In this document: positions 59,319-64,000 of the stretch, piece after piece
Layout: each line of letters opens with the position of its first letter
How positions within the stretch are numbered: position 1 is the stretch's first letter
From: an uncultured Candidatus Saccharibacteria bacterium
GTDB lineage: Bacteria > Patescibacteriota > Minisyncoccia > Phycocordibacterales > UBA918
Direction of reading: 5' to 3'
Assembly: GCA_964611205.1 (NCBI GenBank)
Contig: CAZSZB010000002.1
Coordinates: 10,609-74,608, forward strand
DNA: 64,000 nt
Notes under the pieces: generated by a model
Database searches by the model: none
The model's input: only the letters and a program-made list of their open reading frames with translations
What the model was told of the DNA's origin: nothing
Program-made: the position numbers and the translations under genes

Positions 59319-59714
59319 TTACTCAGTGGTCACTCCGTCGAAATGCTCTTCTTTTTCATCTGCCTTGGTGGCTTGGACAGTACCATCTTTATGTTCTGGT
59401 GGAGAATAAAGAGTATATAACTTAAGAGGTTTATCACCAGTGTTGATTACGTTATGAGCTACACCAGCTGGAACTATTACAATAAAATCATCCTCCAGCT
59501 TATGTTCTTCAACCTTGTTAAGCACTACTTTAGCCTCCCCTTCTTCTACACGAATGAATTGATCGTGTCCATCATGAACTTCTTCTCCAATTTCATCACC
59601 GGGAGCAATGTTCATTACTACCAACTGCATATTTGCTCCAGTGTACAAAACTCGACGATAGTCGTTGTTATTTTCTGTCTCTTCTTCAATGTTTACAATG
59701 TATCCTTTTTTCAT
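59319..59714 (-). CDS. cupin-domain protein
   Basis: 131 aa. Cupin motifs (G.E.GEEVHDGHDQF..V..G and ..P.G.AHNV.N.G). Confidence 0.6.
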   Translation of the reverse strand: MKKGYIVNIEEETENNNDYRRVLYTGANMQLVVMNIAPGDEIGEEVHDGHDQFIRVEEGEAKVVLNKVEEHKLEDDFIVIVPAGVAHNVINTGDKPLKLYTLYSPPEHKDGTVQATKADEKEEHFDGVTTE

Positions 59715-59781
59715 AATTGATATTTAGTTTATGGATATAACTACATTATAACACTTATCCCAATATATAAATTTTCCTCTA

Positions 59782-59802
59782 TACCTTAGTCAGACTAAGG
59801 TA
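59782..59802. promoter_or_regulatory. perfect 21 bp palindrome TACCTTAGTCaGACTAAGGTA; candidate operator, copy 1
   Basis: 10 bp arms with a single central base. Lies about 70 nt upstream of the cupin start codon. Confidence 0.5.
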
Positions 59803-59843
59803 TAAAAAAAATTAAAAGTTAAGAAATTAGGCCTAAATTAAGA

Positions 59844-59864
59844 TACCTTAGTCTGACTAAGGTA
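59844..59864. promoter_or_regulatory. perfect 21 bp palindrome TACCTTAGTCtGACTAAGGTA; candidate operator, copy 2
   Basis: Same arms as copy 1. Its start is 62 bp from copy 1, about 6 helical turns. Confidence 0.5.
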
Positions 59865-59873
59865 AGAAAGAGT

Positions 59874-59912
59874 AAAAAAACAAAGTACGGGTAGACCCCG
59901 TACTTTGTTTTT
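59874..59912 (-). terminator. rho-independent terminator after the 59937-60683 gene
   Basis: AAACAAAGTACGGG-TAGA-CCCCGTACTTTGTTTTT. Confidence 0.75.
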
Positions 59913-59936
59913 AGACAATCTTTGCCTTACAGATTT

Positions 59937-60683
59937 CTATTCACCCTGAAGGTGGAATAAATACTTTACGTTTACCCCTGCTTCAGTCATTTCTCCCTTT
60001 ACAACCACTTTAGAGGCTTCAGTAAATTGATCTGGACTACAAGCGATTTCGGTTCCACCTTCTTCAACACACTTACTAGAGGCATCAAAGAAAAGTGGAG
60101 CGGTGTGACCCATTACACCATCCTCTTCAAAAACTAAATGCCAGTATTTAGAATCAAGTGGTGGTGGTACGCTTTTTAGAAGATAACCATCCTTCTCGAA
60201 ACTGTATTCTCTATCTGGAGCAGTTTCACCACTGAGACATTCAATTTTTGAAATCTGCCATTCCCCATCTACAGCTGTTAGTGACATAATAGTCTGTTCT
60301 GGAGCTGCAGTTTTACCGATCCTTCCTAACACCTGAACTTGAGCTTTATTATCTTTGGTAAACAACAACTTTGCTCGAATAGCATCTGGAACACCAGCCT
60401 GACACAATACAGGATCCATTTCCGAGTCCTTATTTTCTTCCAAGTAAGCTTTCACTTCTTCTGAAAGTACAGAATCTTTAGCTAATCCTGTCTCATACGG
60501 AGTTGAACTGCTTGTAACAGCTTCTATCCAAGAATTATAAAAGTTCAAAACGGCGTCTTCAGGAGCCTGATCCGGTATTTTTGTTGAGTTATCATTTGTC
60601 TTATTGCCAACCAGTGACCACACAACCAATACAATAACTACAACAATTACCGCCAAACCTATAATTTTATATTTTGTCTGCAT
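59937..60683 (-). CDS. hypothetical membrane-anchored extracytoplasmic protein
   Basis: 248 aa. N-terminal TM. No recognisable domain. Confidence 0.4.
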   Translation of the reverse strand: MQTKYKIIGLAVIVVVIVLVVWSLVGNKTNDNSTKIPDQAPEDAVLNFYNSWIEAVTSSSTPYETGLAKDSVLSEEVKAYLEENKDSEMDPVLCQAGVPDAIRAKLLFTKDNKAQVQVLGRIGKTAAPEQTIMSLTAVDGEWQISKIECLSGETAPDREYSFEKDGYLLKSVPPPLDSKYWHLVFEEDGVMGHTAPLFFDASSKCVEEGGTEIACSPDQFTEASKVVVKGEMTEAGVNVKYLFHLQGE

Positions 60684-60795
60684 AAATAAATATTACTTAA
60701 ATTTACTGATAAGAATAACACATTATTCTTAAAATAATACTTCTAGTTCACGTTATAACCAGCATTATATCTACACAGAAATAATATAGGAGAAA

Positions 60796-61140
60796 TTAAA
60801 CATTATCCTGCTCCTCTAAACTTTCACGAGCTTCATAAGGTTCTACGTCGCGATTCATAACGATTAACTTCACTATCCCCCAAGCTGCTACCCAGTAGAC
60901 AATCATCGCCAACACAGAGCTTATTTCTAGGACACTCCCACCGACTGCCGGAGTACCGAAAACATACTGGAAAGGGGCTATGAAGATATTGGACGTTGCA
61001 TAAATGAACTGGGTAAATCCTGCTCCAGAATTTGCTGCTAATAATTTCAATATTATTCTAAAGGCTATCAGCGCTTCGATAACGTAGAATACATACCAAA
61101 TAAATCTAGTGATACGATACATCTGTTCTTCTTTAGTCAT
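60796..61140 (-). CDS. hypothetical small membrane protein (3 TM)
   Basis: 114 aa. Hydrophobic throughout. Acidic C-terminus. Confidence 0.4.
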   Translation of the reverse strand: MTKEEQMYRITRFIWYVFYVIEALIAFRIILKLLAANSGAGFTQFIYATSNIFIAPFQYVFGTPAVGGSVLEISSVLAMIVYWVAAWGIVKLIVMNRDVEPYEARESLEEQDNV

Positions 61141-61740
61141 ATTTTAATAATTATTTAATAAAATTTGAAATAATTGTTAGTTTGATTCCCTATCATTATT
61201 GTCTTGAGTAGGAATATTTAATTCAACATTGAGACCAGCATCGTTTTCTGGCTGATTATTCTTAAAGAACCAAACTATTCCGAACGCTATAAGACCAAGA
61301 ATCAAAATTAGTATTACAGTGTTCATGCTTGAATTGTTCATAATAATTTATTATCTATTAACTATATATTTAATAATAACACTAACCAAACCACCATACT
61401 TAATATAGACACCCCAATAAGACTAGCAATTATTAGATAATTACCTGTTTCTTTATGAAGAAACTTCAAGAATAAATTAGTTACTGATTTCTTAATCAGC
61501 TCTATATTACGAGTTATAGTTATAATTTGTATCATAGTGAGAGAATGACGCTTTAAACACTATTTTCAAGTGTTTTGAATCTGATAATAGAGTGGCTTAA
61601 TCCTTCTTATACCTACCTTACACCTGTCATTTATTTACACAAGCTTTCCGTATATTGCAGGTAAAAATTAACTCTTGAATTAACTCCGGAGTTAATTCAG
61701 TAAATATCAATGTCACGAACACATCTAGAAAGATATTACT

Positions 61741-61760
61741 AAAAACACTTCCGTGTTTGC
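61741..61760 (-). terminator. terminator-like hairpin downstream of element B
   Basis: Minus strand reads AAACAC-GGAA-GTGTTT followed by TTAG. Confidence 0.35.
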
Positions 61761-61780
61761 GTCGTACCGATTGCTGCCAG

Positions 61781-61903
61781 ACTAGGACTCGAAACTTACA
61801 GTTTCAGTACCCGTTGTCATTATCTTTCATTCTTCAAGATAATAGGCAACGGCTTCGAATCCTAACGTAACAGTCTCCCGGACTGTTACTAGCTTGGCAG
61901 CTC
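61781..61903 (-). repeat. tRNA-linked hairpin element B, built on the tRNA-Gln 3' end
   Basis: Minus strand parses as follows. GAGCTGCCAAGCTAG. Then GTAACAGTC-CGGGAG-ACTGTTAC. Then GTTAGGATTCGAAG-CCGTTGCC. Then hairpin TATTATCTT..AAGATAATG. Then ACAACGG. Then GTACTGAAACTGTAAGT. Then TTCGAGTCCTAGTCTGGCAGC. The last ~21 nt are identical to the tRNA-Gln 3' end and the first segment is its reverse complement. Confidence 0.6.
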
Positions 61904-61910
61904 TAAAGCA

Positions 61911-61935
61911 AAACCACCCTCCTCGGGTGGTTTGT
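61911..61935 (-). terminator. terminator-like hairpin directly downstream of tRNA-Gln
   Basis: ACCACCC-GAGGA-GGGTGGT followed by TTTTGCTTT on the minus strand. Confidence 0.5.
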
Positions 61936-61943
61936 GCTAAGAG

Positions 61944-62014
61944 CTGCCAGACTAGGACTCGAACCTAGATAACATGGACCAGAACCATGTGTCCTACCAT
62001 TAGACGATCTGGCA
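61944..62014 (-). tRNA. tRNA-Gln (anticodon CUG)
   Basis: 71 nt, TGCCAGATCGTCTAATGGTAGGACACATGGTTCTGGTCCATGTTATCTAGGTTCGAGTCCTAGTCTGGCAG. U1-A72 first pair as in bacterial tRNA-Gln. Anticodon loop TTCTGGT. T-arm CTAGG-TTCGAGT-CCTAG. CCA not encoded. Confidence 0.85.
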
Positions 62015-62154
62015 ATGGTAATAATTTGATTTATATCATTCTTTGAACTTTTTCAACAAAAATAATGAAAAATATTCAGATTCAATATAATTTAAATGTT
62101 GACGTAAAGAATGATGGCCATTATATTGCCATATTTTTGTGACTATTCAAGCAA

Positions 62155-62769
62155 CTAATCCCGCACTATCCGCCAGTTTGGTTTTTCATTTGTAATATAT
62201 TGTACGTGGGTCAAACTAGCATTCTTCATTTTAATGATTTTTATCAAAGTTAAAGCGGCCTGCCAAGGCAATAATGCTCTCTTTCTGTTCATATGAACCA
62301 GAAATAAGTTAATGAATACTGAATGCGAAACAATTATAATTCGAGCGTCCGCAGGTTGAATGACTAGAAATTCTTTAGCCTTAGTTATACGATTCCTGAA
62401 AGCTCGATATGATTCTCCTTTTTTTCCACATTCATTGTCACCAGAGTAACCACAGAACCAAAGAATTAGATAGAAAATGGATTTAAAACTACGATGATGA
62501 TTACCATACAGCCGCTGTGGACGACATAATTCTGTAAACAAATCACTGGTCTCAATATCCAAACCAGTTTGTTTGGATATAATCTGTCCAGTTTCTAAAG
62601 CTCGCATTCTTTGGCTTACGAATAAATGGGTGGGATCTAATTCTTTTATCACAGTAGCTACTTCACTGGCTTGCTTGCGACCCAGTTCAGTTAAAGTAGT
62701 ATCTTCCTGCTGATGACGACGCGCTAAATTACCATCCGTCTCCCCATGCCGCACAAAATAAATATCCAT
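62155..62769 (-). CDS. histidine phosphatase family protein (phosphoglycerate mutase-like)
   Basis: 204 aa. N-terminal catalytic RHG motif (FVRHGETDGN). Later His-containing motif (VSHSVFI). Confidence 0.75.
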   Translation of the reverse strand: MDIYFVRHGETDGNLARRHQQEDTTLTELGRKQASEVATVIKELDPTHLFVSQRMRALETGQIISKQTGLDIETSDLFTELCRPQRLYGNHHRSFKSIFYLILWFCGYSGDNECGKKGESYRAFRNRITKAKEFLVIQPADARIIIVSHSVFINLFLVHMNRKRALLPWQAALTLIKIIKMKNASLTHVQYITNEKPNWRIVRD

Positions 62770-62775
62770 AAAAAA

Positions 62776-63810
62776 CTATCCTTGGCAGGTTTCAATTACA
62801 GCTAACTCTAAAGGTAATTGGGGTAGTGGTACTTTCCCTGTCTGTTCCGCCGCTGTTAAAAAACGCATAAGCAAATGTGAGTTAATAGCTCCAACTGATT
62901 CACTCGCTAGACTTTGCAGTCTCTCAGCTTCCGTTGCACTAAAATTGGCGAGAATACTTTCTGCATTTCCGGGAGCATTACGTAGCAGAATAACAGCCCG
63001 CAATCTCTCCAATAGAAGTCTGACGAATAATTTCATATCCACCTGTGATACTACAGCTTCATTAATAGCTTTGATGGCTGATTCTGCATCTTTAGTATTA
63101 AGAGCCGTTACTAATTGCTCTAAAATCTGTAACTTTGGAGCACCGATAATCTCGGCCACTTCATCAGCCCCACCAATCGTATCCCCAGAGGCTAAAATGA
63201 CTTTCTGAGTGATGCCCAAAGCGTCACGAAAAGAACCATCCGCGGCTATCGCTATCAAGTCGGCAGCATCATGACTCAACTTAAAACCTTCTTTTTTAGC
63301 TACTTCAGTTACGACACCATTCAACATCTCTCGCGATGGTTGTCGCATAGTAAATATCTGACAACGTGACAAAATTGTATCCAACAATCTATCTGGTTCT
63401 GTAGTAGCCAAAATAAATATCACATGAGCTGGTGGCTCCTCTAAGGTTTTCAAAAGAGCATTAAAAGCTTCCTTGGTAAGCATGTGTATCTCATCGATTA
63501 TGTAGACTTTTCGTTTACTTTCATAAGGCATAGTATGAACGGCTTCTCGTAAAGCTCTAACATCATCTATCCCTCTGTTGCTGGCTGCATCAATTTCGTA
63601 CACATCTACTGCTTTAACTCCGATTTCTTTAGCAAAGATACGAGCTAAGGTGGTTTTCCCCGTTCCTCTACCTCCAGCAAATAAAATAGCGTGGGGAATA
63701 TTATCCTTCTTAATCGCCCCCTCTAAAACTGTTACGATATGATCCTGACCTTTAACATCCTTAAAGGTTTCTGGCCGATATTTACGATATAAAGCAATAT
63801 TTTCTGACAT
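62776..63810 (-). CDS. dnaX: DNA polymerase III gamma/tau subunit, compact form (AAA+ clamp-loader ATPase only)
   Basis: 344 aa. Walker A GGRGTGKTT. DEIH Walker B. SRC motif (SRCQ). No long C-terminal tau extension. Confidence 0.85.
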   Translation of the reverse strand: MSENIALYRKYRPETFKDVKGQDHIVTVLEGAIKKDNIPHAILFAGGRGTGKTTLARIFAKEIGVKAVDVYEIDAASNRGIDDVRALREAVHTMPYESKRKVYIIDEIHMLTKEAFNALLKTLEEPPAHVIFILATTEPDRLLDTILSRCQIFTMRQPSREMLNGVVTEVAKKEGFKLSHDAADLIAIAADGSFRDALGITQKVILASGDTIGGADEVAEIIGAPKLQILEQLVTALNTKDAESAIKAINEAVVSQVDMKLFVRLLLERLRAVILLRNAPGNAESILANFSATEAERLQSLASESVGAINSHLLMRFLTAAEQTGKVPLPQLPLELAVIETCQG

Positions 63811-63883
63811 AAAGATGATTATAACAGATAATAAAAAAGACGAGTCTTTTACCCGTCTCTTTTATTATTTTCCTAAAACTATT

Positions 63884-64000
63884 TTTTGGCTACTTTTTTT
63901 GTGGCTTTCTTGACTGCTTTTTTTGTGGCTTTTTTAACAGTCTTCTTCGCTGCGCTAGCCTTCCCTGTCATTTTATCTTTAATTTGTTTTCCTTCTTTAA
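63884..64000 (-). CDS. C-terminal end of a Lys/Ala-rich basic protein (histone H1-like or basic tail), truncated at the window edge
   Basis: The minus-strand frame reads ..KEGKQIKDKMTGKASAAKKTVKKATKKAVKKATKKVAKK and stops at a TAG near 63884. The start lies outside the window. Confidence 0.35.

Overview
This 64 kb window is low-GC (roughly 35-40% by eye) and reads as bacterial chromosome. Gene content and compact protein sizes suggest a small-genome, possibly CPR/Patescibacteria-like organism; this is an inference, not established. It is gene-dense and mostly core housekeeping, largely on the minus strand.

Main blocks, in order:
- A complete F1Fo ATP synthase operon (atpBEFHAGDC).
- tRNA-Ala.
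- ddl, a compact uvrC, uvrA and uvrB in tandem, and tgt.
- An FKBP peptidyl-prolyl isomerase, a CapA-like protein, an AI-2E transporter, Hsp20, and UmuC with UmuD (translesion DNA synthesis).
- GH18, a CAP-domain protein, an HI0933 flavoprotein, RsuA/RluB, and a small GIY-YIG protein.
- A tRNA-Ser locus.
- A large membrane protein carrying two degenerate cytochrome-b5-like repeats and a beta-propeller domain.
- tag, htpX, lemA, groES-groEL and secG.
- An oligopeptide-type substrate-binding protein, RNase J, an MFS transporter, a HAD hydrolase, two clan GH-A/GH1 glycosidases, two divergent ATP-grasp ligases, a DsbA-like protein, a 2-hydroxyacid dehydrogenase and a cupin.
- tRNA-Gln, a histidine phosphatase and dnaX.

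The most unusual feature is a family of roughly 95-240 nt hairpin-rich elements sitting directly next to all three tRNA genes (Ala, Gln, Ser) on the same strand as each tRNA:
- Each element ends in an exact copy of the last ~18-22 nt of its host tRNA and begins with the reverse complement of that same end.
- All share a hairpin with a YGGGAG loop whose stem co-varies between copies, a GGATTCGAA motif, and further co-varying hairpins.
- Each is bracketed by terminator-like hairpins.
- The tRNA-Ser locus also carries three tandem upstream units that each start with the tRNA 5' end.

This looks like either a novel tRNA-linked structured ncRNA family or a miniature tRNA-end-capped mobile/insertion element, with no integrase in the window.

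Other notable items:
- A near-consensus groES promoter followed by a non-CIRCE inverted repeat.
- Two perfect 21 bp palindromes upstream of a cupin gene.
- A compositionally anomalous GC-rich patch upstream of the GH1 gene.
- Lys/Arg-rich extensions on RNase J and on one ATP-grasp protein.
- None of the three tRNAs encodes CCA.
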